From contig OY776328.1 of NCBI GenBank assembly GCA_963675515.1, positions 480,001 to 512,000 of the forward strand: DNA of 32,000 nucleotides, read 5' to 3'. This DNA comes from Coprobacillaceae bacterium. GTDB lineage: Bacteria > Bacillota_I > Bacilli_A > Erysipelotrichales > Coprobacillaceae. Position 1 is the stretch's first letter; each line of letters opens with the position of its first letter. Under the pieces are notes generated by a model. That model saw only the letters and a program-made list of their open reading frames with translations, was not told where the DNA came from and did no database searches. Shown piece after piece: positions 1 to 9,953 of the stretch. The translations under genes were made by a program, and so were the position numbers.

Positions 1-2
1 GA

Positions 3-725
3 GATCTGTTCAAAAGTTACGTCCATAAAAAATCAGACGACGCATTTACCCGGATCAAGGAACGTGGCTTCGACCTGAACGGCGAATACCTTGTGTACGG
101 ATTCAAGATTTTTGCAAACGAAGCCACTTATCACGCCCAGGTGCGACTTAAGCTGAACATCCACCAGATATTCCTTGATCTCAACTTGAACTTTGCCCAC
201 TTCAATGAGGGAAACACCTTGTATTATGTGATTGAAAACCTGACGCAAAAACAGGAGAAGGATATCAATGTTTGGCTTCAGGATATCGACTCCGCCATCA
301 GGTTCCAGACTTACGTCTCGAAGCACAATGACAGCATCTTCAACCTGCCGGCCAACTACTGGAAAATTTCCGGGGCGATCGGTTCGAGCTACGATGGCGA
401 CTTCTACAGCTACGACGATCTGGGAGTAGAGAAACTGCTGCTTGCAATCAGCAAGAAGGATGAACTCAAGACATACTTCGACGGCCTTGTGAGACCATTG
501 ATCGAATACGACAGGCAAAACGGAACCGCCTATTACGAATTGTTGGATTTCTATATCAACTCCAACTGTTCGCTTCAAAAAGTGGCTGAAGAATTTTACT
601 TGCACAAGAATACGATCAATTATCAGCTGAAGAAAATCAGCTCCATAATTGATCTTGACATATCGAGTTTTGAAAACCGGGTACAGTTATTTATTATTTT
701 TAAAATAGATAAGATTATAAACTAG
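3..725 (+). CDS. PucR/CdaR-family transcriptional regulator, C-terminal portion (5' end lies outside the window)
   Basis: The frame is open from base 3, with no stop upstream of the GTG at 93 that the ORF track uses, so the gene starts outside the window. The C-terminal LQKVAEEFYLHKNTINYQLKKISSI is the PucR-type helix-turn-helix, paralogous to KIMYVHKNTILYRIDKINSL in the gene at 2660-3856. Stop TAG at 723-725. Confidence 0.7.
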   Translation, partial: DLFKSYVHKKSDDAFTRIKERGFDLNGEYLVYGFKIFANEATYHAQVRLKLNIHQIFLDLNLNFAHFNEGNTLYYVIENLTQKQEKDINVWLQDIDSAIRFQTYVSKHNDSIFNLPANYWKISGAIGSSYDGDFYSYDDLGVEKLLLAISKKDELKTYFDGLVRPLIEYDRQNGTAYYELLDFYINSNCSLQKVAEEFYLHKNTINYQLKKISSIIDLDISSFENRVQLFIIFKIDKIIN

Positions 726-739
726 GAGGAAGAAAGATT

Positions 740-1660
740 ATGAAGAAGTTGAAATTTTTATCGACAGCATTGGCATTATCGATGTTTGTGACCGGATGCG
801 GTTCAAGCGGGACGGATTCATCTAGCACCACTTCAAAAGATTATGATAACACTTATTGCGTTGACGGCACTCCGTCAACAAAACTTACCGAGCTTCGTGA
901 GTCGGGGACTTTGGTGGTCGGATCGTCAGGCGATGCGCCGTTTGCCTACATCGATCAGGATACCGGGGAATTCAGCGGAGTTGATGCCGAAATCATCATC
1001 GAAGCTGCCCACCGTTTGGGAATCGAAAATGTTGAAATGAGCCTTATTCCATTCTCTGAGTTGATCTTGAATGTCAACTCAGGCAATATCGATGTAATTG
1101 CGGACTGCATGTACGTAAGAGCGGACCGCGCTGAAAAAATCTACTTCGGTGACATCTGGTATACTCAAGGTGGAGGACTGCTTGTAGGTGAGGACAGTGG
1201 GATTTCTTCAGTCGAAGACTTCGATCCAAGCTCTACAGTTGTCGGATATACTGCAGGAACAGTGTTCACCGATGTTGTACTGCAATGGAAAGAAGATGGA
1301 TTGATCAAGGATGCGGTAGCGACCGGAGACCAATCGGAATCGATCACTGCTTTGACATTTGACAAAATCGACGCCTTCTTGACAGATGGAACAGTATTGG
1401 AAAACCTGTTCGCAAACTACCCTGACACAGTCAAAGGATTGAAACTGGCGGAAAATTATGAATCAGACCCTTCATTGATTGGTCGCATCGCACCTTCAGT
1501 GTCATTCGAAGACAAGGACTTCATGGCTGAAATCAACAACGCAGTTGCGGCAATCCGTGAAGACGGTCAAATCGAGACTTACTTCGAAAAATACGGACTG
1601 GATCCTTCATTGCATATGATCACCAATGATGAAAGATTCCATGACATCAACACCCAATAA
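740..1660 (+). CDS. Lipoprotein, family-3 (amino-acid type) ABC transporter substrate-binding protein
   Basis: RBS AGGAGGA at 724-730 precedes ATG 740. The signal peptide carries the lipobox LSMFVTG/C. The mature part has the SBP family 3 pattern (GDAPFAYIDQDTGEFSGVDAEI...). No permease or ATPase gene is adjacent. Confidence 0.8.
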   Translation: MKKLKFLSTALALSMFVTGCGSSGTDSSSTTSKDYDNTYCVDGTPSTKLTELRESGTLVVGSSGDAPFAYIDQDTGEFSGVDAEIIIEAAHRLGIENVEMSLIPFSELILNVNSGNIDVIADCMYVRADRAEKIYFGDIWYTQGGGLLVGEDSGISSVEDFDPSSTVVGYTAGTVFTDVVLQWKEDGLIKDAVATGDQSESITALTFDKIDAFLTDGTVLENLFANYPDTVKGLKLAENYESDPSLIGRIAPSVSFEDKDFMAEINNAVAAIREDGQIETYFEKYGLDPSLHMITNDERFHDINTQ

Positions 1661-1666
1661 TCATCA

Positions 1667-1706
1667 AAAAGGAAAACAGCCCCGATTCAAGGAGCTGTTT
1701 TCTTTG
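1667..1706. terminator. Bidirectional intrinsic terminator between the convergent SBP and DUF89 genes
   Basis: Hairpin GAAAACAGC (1672-1680) / GCTGTTTTC (1694-1702), with an A-run on the left and a T-run on the right. Confidence 0.6.
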
Positions 1707-1710
1707 CCGG

Positions 1711-2589
1711 TCAGTCATTATTGCGATCATGAAGATTGGCGCAGACAATATCGTACATATTGAGATTCAAGGGATCGCCGACCAGCTCACATTTCACCAT
1801 GAACAGGAAAAAAAGCTTATTCGAACAATCAGCCATCAGTGACTCAAGGTTGCCTTGGCCTTTGGAAATTATGATATCGGCCTGGTCGAACGATTTTTTG
1901 AACGTATCGGAGACGCGGTTGAGTACGGTCCCCAAGGATGAGTCGCCGTTGTCGATGACGTGGCAGATTCCATCCAGTCCGACCTCCATGACATCTGCCA
2001 TGGTGGCGTCGTTGACAACCGGGAAACCGCGGCAGGCAAAGGTTATGTGCAACTCAGGAAAAAGTTCCTTGATCTTTTTGATGAATATCTTGTCAAGGAC
2101 TATTTCCCCGCAGTTGTCACCAAGATACAGCAGCTCCCTGGCGGTGCCCAGGCGATCGAAGAGCATGGTGCTATGGTCGAGGGCCAGTCGGGAATTGACA
2201 ATCTGGTCGATCTTGTCCAGGAGCATTTGCTTGGAGAATTTGTGCTTGGCTGAAAAGTCGATCAAATTGCCGACGATGGCGACTTTCAATGCCGTCTGGA
2301 GTTGATCCTCGCTGTTTTCAATCAGGGATTCGATCATTGGCTCCTGTTCGAGCAACAATCTGTTGTACTCACTCTTGATTTCCCGGTAGGGGTCATCCTG
2401 ATCCAGGATTTCAAGCAGGTTGGCATAGAGGATGCCCATGATTTCAGGGTTTGTCCGGTCTTTAAAGTCGCTTTCAAGATAGTTCCGGGTAAATTCCATA
2501 AGTTCATTTTCTTTTTTCATATCAAGATCGAGCAGTTGGCTCAAGGCACCGACCTGCCTGAAATTGCATTTTTTGCATTCTTCCTTCAA
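1711..2589 (-). CDS. DUF89 / ARMT1-like damage-control phosphatase family protein
   Basis: 292-aa ORF with a TTG start preceded by AAGGAGAG. Motifs GDNCGEIVLD, DNGDSSLGT and SKGQGNLESL fit the metal-dependent DUF89 family. Confidence 0.7.
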   Translation of the reverse strand: MKEECKKCNFRQVGALSQLLDLDMKKENELMEFTRNYLESDFKDRTNPEIMGILYANLLEILDQDDPYREIKSEYNRLLLEQEPMIESLIENSEDQLQTALKVAIVGNLIDFSAKHKFSKQMLLDKIDQIVNSRLALDHSTMLFDRLGTARELLYLGDNCGEIVLDKIFIKKIKELFPELHITFACRGFPVVNDATMADVMEVGLDGICHVIDNGDSSLGTVLNRVSDTFKKSFDQADIIISKGQGNLESLMADCSNKLFFLFMVKCELVGDPLNLNMYDIVCANLHDRNND

Positions 2590-2633
2590 AATGGCTCTCC
2601 TTAGTGTTGTTTTTAGTCAAACTAACACAAAAA

Positions 2634-2658
2634 GTTCCCCTTGTCAAATTGGGGAACT
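2634..2658 (-). terminator. Intrinsic terminator of the PucR gene
   Basis: On the minus strand, AGTTCCCC-loop-GGGGAACT followed by TTTTTG, immediately after the stop at 2660-2662. Confidence 0.55.
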
Positions 2659-2659
2659 G

Positions 2660-3856
2660 TCATGATTGGAGATACTTGTAGATTTTAATTTCGTAAAGAA
2701 GGTTGAAGGTGTCGAAGTTGTTGATGTCGATCAGTGAATTGATCTTGTCAATCCGGTAAAGAATGGTGTTCTTGTGGACATACATGATTTTCGCCGCTGT
2801 CGCCAGGGAGTTCTTGTTGTCGAGATAGACTTCCAAAGTGTCCAGCAGATTGCTGTTATGGGTCTTGTCATATTCAATCACCGGCTTGATCTTGTTTGGA
2901 TAGAGTTTTTTCAATATTGCCGTATCAGTTGTATATAGGATCTGGAACAATCCTATATCGCTGAAATGATTGACGCTATGGCCGATCAGTTGTCGGCTCT
3001 TGGCATCTATTACGTTTTTGGCCTGCGTGTAGGATTGCGCCAGCTCATTGAGGTTGAAGACATCCATTCCGATTCCAAATTCAAGTTCCAGATCTTTGTG
3101 GCCGGACTTGGATATCTTTGAGGTTTCAGGATTGAACTGGTCGGCATCCTGTTTCTCCATCAAAAAGATGATGGCGTCGCCATGGAGCATGGAAATGAAA
3201 TTGAAGCTGCTAATCAAAAAGTTGCTTCTTAAATTCGAGTGGAAATGCTCCTTCAACTCGATTAGCGCAGTATCGCTTAGATTGTGGCTCTGGGCGTGGT
3301 TTTTCAGGTTGTTGATTTTGGCAACTAGGATGCAGTGGGCCGTATCGTCGGAGTAGTTTAGCTGTTGAAGACGAAGATTGTTGTCCTGATAATCGAAGTG
3401 GGGATCGAAAAGCAGCTGGCTCAGGATATCGGACTGCTCCTGGACCTGAAGCTGTTTTTTGGCAATTGCGGAAAATATCTCATTGGAGACGTCGAGGTAT
3501 TTCACCTGCCAGGGGATTGTGATTAGGGGCATATTGGCATCCTGGAAAGCCTTGACGACCGTCTCGGGAATTTCCTTGATGTACTTGTTGATGTAGACGA
3601 CCATCCCGGGAATCTTGAAATTCTCGAGCATCTTCAGGATGTCGATAAGTTTCTCGGGATTGTTGGCAATTGAATGGCCGAAAACGAAAACCAGGACGTC
3701 ATCGCGAAGCCATGTCAGGGTTTCTTGCAGGTCGGGAAAGGAATCGATTACGTAGTTGAAGCTGACGGCCCTGTTCAGGTTCTCTGACCCGGCAAGTATC
3801 TTGGCTTGTTTGAATGTGTCGAATTTAATGATTTCTGATAATGAAATATGCATGTG
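2660..3856 (-). CDS. PucR-family transcriptional regulator
   Basis: C-terminal HTH KIMYVHKNTILYRIDKINSLIDI. The N-terminal region fits a PucR-like effector domain by length. I place the start at the internal ATG (MHISLSEI), which has the RBS GAGGTGA 4 nt upstream. The track ORF start at 3904 has no RBS. Confidence 0.75.
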   Translation of the reverse strand, partial: HMHISLSEIIKFDTFKQAKILAGSENLNRAVSFNYVIDSFPDLQETLTWLRDDVLVFVFGHSIANNPEKLIDILKMLENFKIPGMVVYINKYIKEIPETVVKAFQDANMPLITIPWQVKYLDVSNEIFSAIAKKQLQVQEQSDILSQLLFDPHFDYQDNNLRLQQLNYSDDTAHCILVAKINNLKNHAQSHNLSDTALIELKEHFHSNLRSNFLISSFNFISMLHGDAIIFLMEKQDADQFNPETSKISKSGHKDLELEFGIGMDVFNLNELAQSYTQAKNVIDAKSRQLIGHSVNHFSDIGLFQILYTTDTAILKKLYPNKIKPVIEYDKTHNSNLLDTLEVYLDNKNSLATAAKIMYVHKNTILYRIDKINSLIDINNFDTFNLLYEIKIYKYLQS

Positions 3857-3976
3857 ATCACCTCGTGGTAAAATTTTATCATCATCATAAGAATAATACA
3901 ACACAATTTGAATTTATTGAAGCTCGACTAACGCCAAATTGTTATGATATAATGTCCTTATTTAAGGAGTGATGAG

Positions 3977-6472
3977 ATGAAAGAAAAATACAGCCCGATG
4001 ATGCAGCAATACCTGGACATCAAAAAAGAACATAAGGAAATGGTGTTGATGTTCCGCCTGGGTGATTTCTACGAAATGTTTTTTGATGATGCTTTGACTG
4101 TTTCCAAAGCTTTGAACCTGACTTTGACTGGAAAAAATGCCGGCGTGAAAGAACGGGTTCCCATGTGCGGGGTGCCTTTCCATTCGGCCGGTCAGTATAT
4201 CCAGAAGCTGGTAGATTCGGGATTCAAGGTTGCCATCGCCGAGCAGTTGAGCGAACCTGGAAAAAGCAAGATCGTGGAACGTGGCGTTGTCCAGATAATC
4301 ACTCCGGGAACCATTTTTGACGAAAACATCGCCAGCTCGAACAACTATCTTGCATGCTTCAAGGAATTCGATTTCAACTATGTCCTGGCATATTGTGACA
4401 TTACAACCGGCGAGTTGAAAACCGTGACCATTGAAAAAAGCGGTCATCTTCTAAAGACTCAACTTGATACGATGGCGGTTAAGGAAATAGTCGTCGAAAG
4501 CGACTGTGATCACCAATTCGAAAAAGTGATGGTGTCCCGTTTTGACGATTCCACTTTCAATGAACAGTATCGCAAGCTCTTTGACAATATCACCGACTTG
4601 AAACAGATAAAGGTGGCATCGCTGCTGATAAATTATCTTGTCTATTCCCAAAAGAAGGAGCTTAGCCACTTGCAAGTAATCGAGGAGATCAAAAATGATG
4701 ACTATCTGATGATGGACAGTTACACCCGTGATGCTCTCGAACTGGTTCGAAACGCCAACGACCACCAGAAACACGGATCATTGTACTGGCTCCTGGACAG
4801 GACCAAGACCGCAATGGGGTCGCGGCTGCTGAAAACCTATATCGAAAGGCCGTTGGTGAATTCCCGGGAAATCCTAAGACGGCTGGATATCGTCACGGCT
4901 TTTAATGACAATTTTCTGCTGCGGGCCAGTCTCAATGACCTGCTCGACAATGTCTACGATCTCGAGCGGCTGGCGTCGAAAGTGGCCTTGGGCAATCTTA
5001 ATGCCAGGGATCTTACCTGGATAGGCAGATCGCTGAAAGTTGTGCCTGAAATAAGGCAGACGCTAAGTCTTTTCAACCAGGTTGATATCGATGAACTGGG
5101 TGGCAAAATGGTCGACATGTCCCATATTACCGGCCTGATTGACCAGGCGATTGTCCCTGATCCGCCCCTTACAATCAAGGATGGGGGCATCATCAACGAC
5201 GGCTACCATGGGGAACTTGACGAATTGCGCAATCTGCGTGACCATGGCAATGACTGGCTGCTGGGGTACGAGGCCAGGCTGAAAAAGGAAACCGGAATCG
5301 AACGGCTCAAAATCGGATACAACCGGGTTTTTGGCTATTATATAGAGGTAACCAAGTCGAATCTCCACCTTGTCAAAGACGAGTTCGAATTCACCCGCAA
5401 GCAGTCTTTGACCAGCGGGGAAAGATTCATCACTCCCGAACTGAAGGATATGGAAGCGAAGATACTTTCAGCAAGTGAACGGATTGTCAAATTGGAGTAC
5501 GAGATTTTCATTGCGGTCAGATCCCGTCTTCTCGAGGATGTCCATCTGATCCAGGATATTTCCAAGGCGATAAGCCAGGTCGATGTCCTTCTCGCATTTT
5601 CCAATATCGCCACCACTTCCAGGTATGTAAGGCCGGTTTTCACTGATGAGACAGCGATGGAAATCATCGAAGGCCGCCATGGGGTTATGGAAAAAGTCAT
5701 GAAGAAACAGTCCTATGTCGAAAACGACATAGTGATTGAAAAGCAAACCCCTATATTGATGATCACCGGGCCGAATATGGGCGGAAAATCGACTTACATG
5801 CGCCAAGGGGCATTCCTTGCAATCATGGCCCAGATGGGCTGCTATGTTCCTGCCAAAAAGGCCGTCGTGCCGATCTTCGACCAGATCTTCACCCGTATCG
5901 GTGCGAGCGACGACCTCCTTTCTGGACAATCTACCTTCATGGTGGAAATGGTCGAGGCCAATAATGCCCTGCTTTATGCAACTGAAAAATCACTGATAAT
6001 TTTCGATGAGATCGGCCGGGGAACTGCGACTTTCGATGGGATGGCGATTGCCCAGGCGATGCTCGAATATATCGGACATAACATCAACTGCATCACATTC
6101 TTCTCCACCCATTATCACGAGCTGACATTCCTGCAGGAAACGGGAATCGGCGTGAAGAATGTCCATGCCAGTGCCACAATCAAGAGCGACGACATCAGTT
6201 TCGAATACCGGATCAAACCGGGGAGATCCAACAAATCGTACGGGATCAACGTGGCCAAGCTGGCCAACCTGCCTGAAGCGGTTATCACAAGGGCGAATGT
6301 CCTGCTTGAAAGCCTTGAAGAAAACAATATCGAGCACAAGCTGGCCAGCCAGAGCGTCCAGATTGTCAGACAGGAAAGCGAAGTCGAAAAGCTGCTCCAG
6401 AAAATCGATGTCGATGACTTGTCACCGCGTGATGCCTGGTCGACATTGGCGGAATTGAAGAAACTAATTTAA
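3977..6472 (+). CDS. mutS: DNA mismatch repair protein MutS
   Basis: 831 aa. N-terminus SPMMQQYLDIKKEH...LFRLGDFYEMFFDDA, Walker A GPNMGGKSTYMRQ, and STFMVEM...DEIGRGT. RBS AAGGAG upstream. Confidence 0.97.
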   Translation: MKEKYSPMMQQYLDIKKEHKEMVLMFRLGDFYEMFFDDALTVSKALNLTLTGKNAGVKERVPMCGVPFHSAGQYIQKLVDSGFKVAIAEQLSEPGKSKIVERGVVQIITPGTIFDENIASSNNYLACFKEFDFNYVLAYCDITTGELKTVTIEKSGHLLKTQLDTMAVKEIVVESDCDHQFEKVMVSRFDDSTFNEQYRKLFDNITDLKQIKVASLLINYLVYSQKKELSHLQVIEEIKNDDYLMMDSYTRDALELVRNANDHQKHGSLYWLLDRTKTAMGSRLLKTYIERPLVNSREILRRLDIVTAFNDNFLLRASLNDLLDNVYDLERLASKVALGNLNARDLTWIGRSLKVVPEIRQTLSLFNQVDIDELGGKMVDMSHITGLIDQAIVPDPPLTIKDGGIINDGYHGELDELRNLRDHGNDWLLGYEARLKKETGIERLKIGYNRVFGYYIEVTKSNLHLVKDEFEFTRKQSLTSGERFITPELKDMEAKILSASERIVKLEYEIFIAVRSRLLEDVHLIQDISKAISQVDVLLAFSNIATTSRYVRPVFTDETAMEIIEGRHGVMEKVMKKQSYVENDIVIEKQTPILMITGPNMGGKSTYMRQGAFLAIMAQMGCYVPAKKAVVPIFDQIFTRIGASDDLLSGQSTFMVEMVEANNALLYATEKSLIIFDEIGRGTATFDGMAIAQAMLEYIGHNINCITFFSTHYHELTFLQETGIGVKNVHASATIKSDDISFEYRIKPGRSNKSYGINVAKLANLPEAVITRANVLLESLEENNIEHKLASQSVQIVRQESEVEKLLQKIDVDDLSPRDAWSTLAELKKLI

Positions 6473-6484
6473 CAGGAGGTGCCT

Positions 6485-8332
6485 ATGGCAATAATAAAAC
6501 AGCTCGACCAGGTGCTAATCAACAAGATTGCCGCTGGTGAAGTGGTGGAAAGACCGGCGAATGTCGTCAAGGAACTGGTTGAAAACAGCATCGACGCCTT
6601 GGCCAAAAACATCGATATCGTCATCAAGGAGGGTGGACTTACTCTTATCGAAGTCAAGGATGACGGGATCGGAATGGACTATCAGGATGCCAAGATGTGC
6701 TTTTCCACCCATGCTACAAGCAAGATCAACGATTACCAGGATCTTTTCAACATATCGACACTTGGTTTCAGGGGTGAGGCCATTCCCTCAATCGCTTCGG
6801 TAAGCGATTTTGTCCTGGAGACAAGCGATGGGGGCGAGCATACCCGTGTCCATTACCATTACGGAAGGATGGCCGACATCAAGAATATCGAGCGGTCCCG
6901 GGGTACAACTATCTCCGTGGCCAACTTGTTCACCAATGTTCCAGCCCGTCTGAAATTCGTGAAATCGGTCAATGCCGAATACGCCCACATCCTCCAGTAT
7001 ATCGAAAGACTGGCGTTGACCAAGCCGGACATATCGTTCTCGCTCACCAACAACGACCGCCAGGTATTTTTGACCACAGGCAACGGGAACCTGCTGGAAA
7101 TTGTCGCCAACATGTATGGCATCAATGTGGCCAGGTCCATGATCGAGGTTTCATTTGGGGACGAGGAGTTTGCGATCGACGGCTACACTTCAACCCTGGA
7201 TGTCAACCGGGCCAACAAGAACAACATCATCACCCTGGTCAACGGCCGGGTTGTCAAAAACAAGATCGCGATTGATGCGGTTGACGATGCCTATCGCAAA
7301 TACCTTTTTGAAAAGCGTTATCCTATCGCCATCATCAATATCCAGGTCGATCCTTATCTGGTCGACGTAAATGTCCATCCGGCCAAACTGGAAGTCAAAT
7401 TCTCCAAGGAAGAGAAGCTCAGGGAGATAATCTTAGATGGGATCACCGAGGCGTTGAAAAGGATGGATATAACCTACCAGGCGACGAATGTGGACGTAAA
7501 GATCCCCAAGGTCAATCTGGCTCCCGTGGCAAATGAGCAGCTGGAACTCAAGCTCGATTACACGCCACGAAAAGCGCCCGATTCGATCAGCCAGCCAATG
7601 AAAGAGTATGGTGTTACTTTGCAACCGGAACAAATTGAAGAGGCGGCTATGATCCCGGAAGTCGGAGTTGAAAAACCGGCTGATCAGGTTGTCAAGGATG
7701 TCCAGGTCCTGCCGACAGCTCCGGTAACCTCTACCATCAAGGAACGTCCGATCAAAAAACACCTCGATGTCCAGGGGCAGGTTTTAGGCACATATATCGT
7801 CGCCCAGGATGAAGGTGGCATGTACCTGATCGACCAGCACGCGGCCAAGGAGCGGATCAACTACGAGTATTTCCTTGAACGCTTCGAAGCCAAAAACATG
7901 GCGATGATGGACATGTTGGTGCCGCTGACGTTCGAGCTGCCCGCCAGCGACTTTGTGATCGTAAATGAGAATCTTGACAAGTTCAAGGAAATCGGGATTC
8001 CATTCGAGGAATTTTCAAACCATACTTTTGTGGTAAGATCACTGCCGGCCTGGATGAAAAATACCGATCACCATGTGTTCATTGAAGAGATGATCGAGCA
8101 GGTGCTTGAAAACAGGATAATCGATGTCTTGAAAATGCAGGACCATGCGATTGCCACACTGGCCTGCAAGGCATCGTTGAAAGCCAATACCTATCTAAGT
8201 CTGGATGGGATGACCCGTCTAGTCAATGACCTGATGCGCTGCGATAATCCTTATGTCTGTCCGCATGGCCGGCCGGTGATTATCTTCTATACCCAGTATG
8301 AGCTGGAGAAACTGTTTAAAAGGGTGGTCTGA
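6485..8332 (+). CDS. mutL: DNA mismatch repair endonuclease MutL
   Basis: GHKL ATPase N-terminus (AAGEVVERPANVVKELVENSIDA, DDGIGM). C-terminal endonuclease motifs DQHAAKERINYE and CPHGRP. ATG 6485 follows AGGAGG at 6474-6479; the track start at 6479 is a GTG inside the RBS. Confidence 0.95.
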   Translation: MAIIKQLDQVLINKIAAGEVVERPANVVKELVENSIDALAKNIDIVIKEGGLTLIEVKDDGIGMDYQDAKMCFSTHATSKINDYQDLFNISTLGFRGEAIPSIASVSDFVLETSDGGEHTRVHYHYGRMADIKNIERSRGTTISVANLFTNVPARLKFVKSVNAEYAHILQYIERLALTKPDISFSLTNNDRQVFLTTGNGNLLEIVANMYGINVARSMIEVSFGDEEFAIDGYTSTLDVNRANKNNIITLVNGRVVKNKIAIDAVDDAYRKYLFEKRYPIAIINIQVDPYLVDVNVHPAKLEVKFSKEEKLREIILDGITEALKRMDITYQATNVDVKIPKVNLAPVANEQLELKLDYTPRKAPDSISQPMKEYGVTLQPEQIEEAAMIPEVGVEKPADQVVKDVQVLPTAPVTSTIKERPIKKHLDVQGQVLGTYIVAQDEGGMYLIDQHAAKERINYEYFLERFEAKNMAMMDMLVPLTFELPASDFVIVNENLDKFKEIGIPFEEFSNHTFVVRSLPAWMKNTDHHVFIEEMIEQVLENRIIDVLKMQDHAIATLACKASLKANTYLSLDGMTRLVNDLMRCDNPYVCPHGRPVIIFYTQYELEKLFKRVV

Positions 8333-9264
8333 TGGAAAAAGTAATCGTAATAGTCGGACCGACCAGTGTCGGCAAAACGAAAATGGGAGTCGAGCTGGCT
8401 AAAAGGTTCGATGGCGAGGTTATTTCCGGTGATTCGATGCAGATTTACCGGCATCTCGATATCGGCACGGCCAAAGCAACCAAAGAGGAGATGGATGGGG
8501 TAGTCCACCATCTTATCGACATCAAGAATCCTGATGAGTCATACAGTGTCAAGGAATTCCAGGATGATGTGCGCCGCCTGATTGGAGAGATAACGGCCCG
8601 GAACCGCCTTCCAATCATCGTCGGAGGTACCGGCCTGTATATCAAAGGGGCTTTGTACGACTACGAGTTCGATCAGGCAGAAAACAGGAATTTCAAGACC
8701 CAGGAAAAGTACGCCCATCTTGACAATAGTGAGGTTTATGCAATACTTGAAAAAATTGACCCGCGTTCCGCAAAGGAGCTGCACCCGAATAATCGCCAAA
8801 GGGTGGTCCGGGCGATTGAGATATTCGAAACAACGGGAATCACAAAAAGCGAAACCCTGGAAAAACAGGACCATAAGATGGTCTATGACGCCCTTTTTGT
8901 CGGCCTTACCTGTGATAGGGAACGGTTATATCTCAATATCAATGGCCGCGTTGACAAAATGGTGGCAAATGGGTTGCTTGAAGAGTTTGTCGGCTTGCCT
9001 GAGGAATATAAAAATCCGGAGCATCAATCGATGAAAGCCATCGGCTACAAGGAATTGTTTGCCTATTTCTCGGGTGATGCCAGTCTCGAGCAGGCGGTTG
9101 AGCTGATAAAAAAGAACAGCCGCAACTATGCCAAGAGACAATATACCTGGTTCAACAACCAGGTGCCGGTCAGCTGGTTTACAGTTGATTTCGACAATTT
9201 CGACAGCACAATCAATAAAGTTGCTGTGAGTGTCGAAAGATTTCTAATCGACAGCAAACAATAA
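8332..9264 (+). CDS. miaA: tRNA dimethylallyltransferase MiaA
   Basis: P-loop VIVGPTSVGKT, then DSMQIYRHLDIGTAK, and ...KRQYTWF near the C-terminus. Its ATG overlaps the mutL TGA (ATGA coupling). Confidence 0.95.
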   Translation: MEKVIVIVGPTSVGKTKMGVELAKRFDGEVISGDSMQIYRHLDIGTAKATKEEMDGVVHHLIDIKNPDESYSVKEFQDDVRRLIGEITARNRLPIIVGGTGLYIKGALYDYEFDQAENRNFKTQEKYAHLDNSEVYAILEKIDPRSAKELHPNNRQRVVRAIEIFETTGITKSETLEKQDHKMVYDALFVGLTCDRERLYLNINGRVDKMVANGLLEEFVGLPEEYKNPEHQSMKAIGYKELFAYFSGDASLEQAVELIKKNSRNYAKRQYTWFNNQVPVSWFTVDFDNFDSTINKVAVSVERFLIDSKQ

Positions 9265-9282
9265 TTTTAAGCTAGACACATT

Positions 9283-9309
9283 AAAAGATCAGCCAGGGCT
9301 GATCTTTTT
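9283..9309 (+). terminator. miaA intrinsic terminator (A-tract/T-tract, bidirectional type)
   Basis: AAAAGATCAGC-CAGG-GCTGATCTTTTT: a 7-bp GC-containing stem extended by A:T pairs, with the T5 run ending at 9309. Confidence 0.8.
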
Positions 9310-9953
9310 GTGCGACAGGCAGTCGCTTAGATGTCATGTATGCAGGTATATGGCATTTTCCTTTTATAAATGAGTTCCTGTAATAGTTCGCTATCAATAC
9401 AGTAAACATCATGGAATTGGGAAACCCTGTAGGTGAAAATCCTATCCCGTGCGCACTGGTGCTATTCGGGAAATCTAGTCTAGGGCATAATCGTGAGGTT
9501 GTGTCTGAAGGAGACGCAGTAGTCGAGAGACCTGTAGATGAGTTGACAGGCCGAAACGAAAAGTGAATCACATGTTGCGGCAGTGGAGAATGTGACGACG
9601 TTGCGAAAAATGCGGAAGTCTATTCACGACATATTCTAAGAACCAGTCGAATATGCCGGCACTCCATTGTGAAGGTGATTGGCATGTCAACAAGGGCGTA
9701 GTTGATGACCCTGTGAGACCTCTTCATCCACCGAAAGGATAGCCATCTATAAGAGTCATTCGAAGTGATGGTTATATGAAGAGGAGTCAGACAATCTCAT
9801 AGTAGCGAAGTAGTCATGTGACCAAACGCATGATGAAGCGAAGGGGATTGACCTTTTACAATTCTTACTTTATTTAATCGTAATGGTAAGAATTACGGTA
9901 CTTAGGTACAAACGAATTCAAAGAACGATAAATAGAAAGAGAGGTTTGAAATT

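Noticed and set aside
33-605. 190-aa minus-strand ORF at the window start
   Set aside because: It is antisense to the PucR-family gene, which has a recognisable HTH. There are no motifs and no RBS.
9449-9454. Second GTGCGC as an alternative intron 5' end, which would give a more IIC-like RNA size
   Set aside because: It is not preceded by a terminator-like hairpin or any plausible exon context. The 9310 site has GTGCGAC directly after the hairpin and T-run. I kept 9310, but this should be settled by structure modelling.
9281-9571. 96-aa minus-strand ORF
   Set aside because: It lies antisense within domain I of the group II intron RNA and spans the terminator. There are no coding signals.
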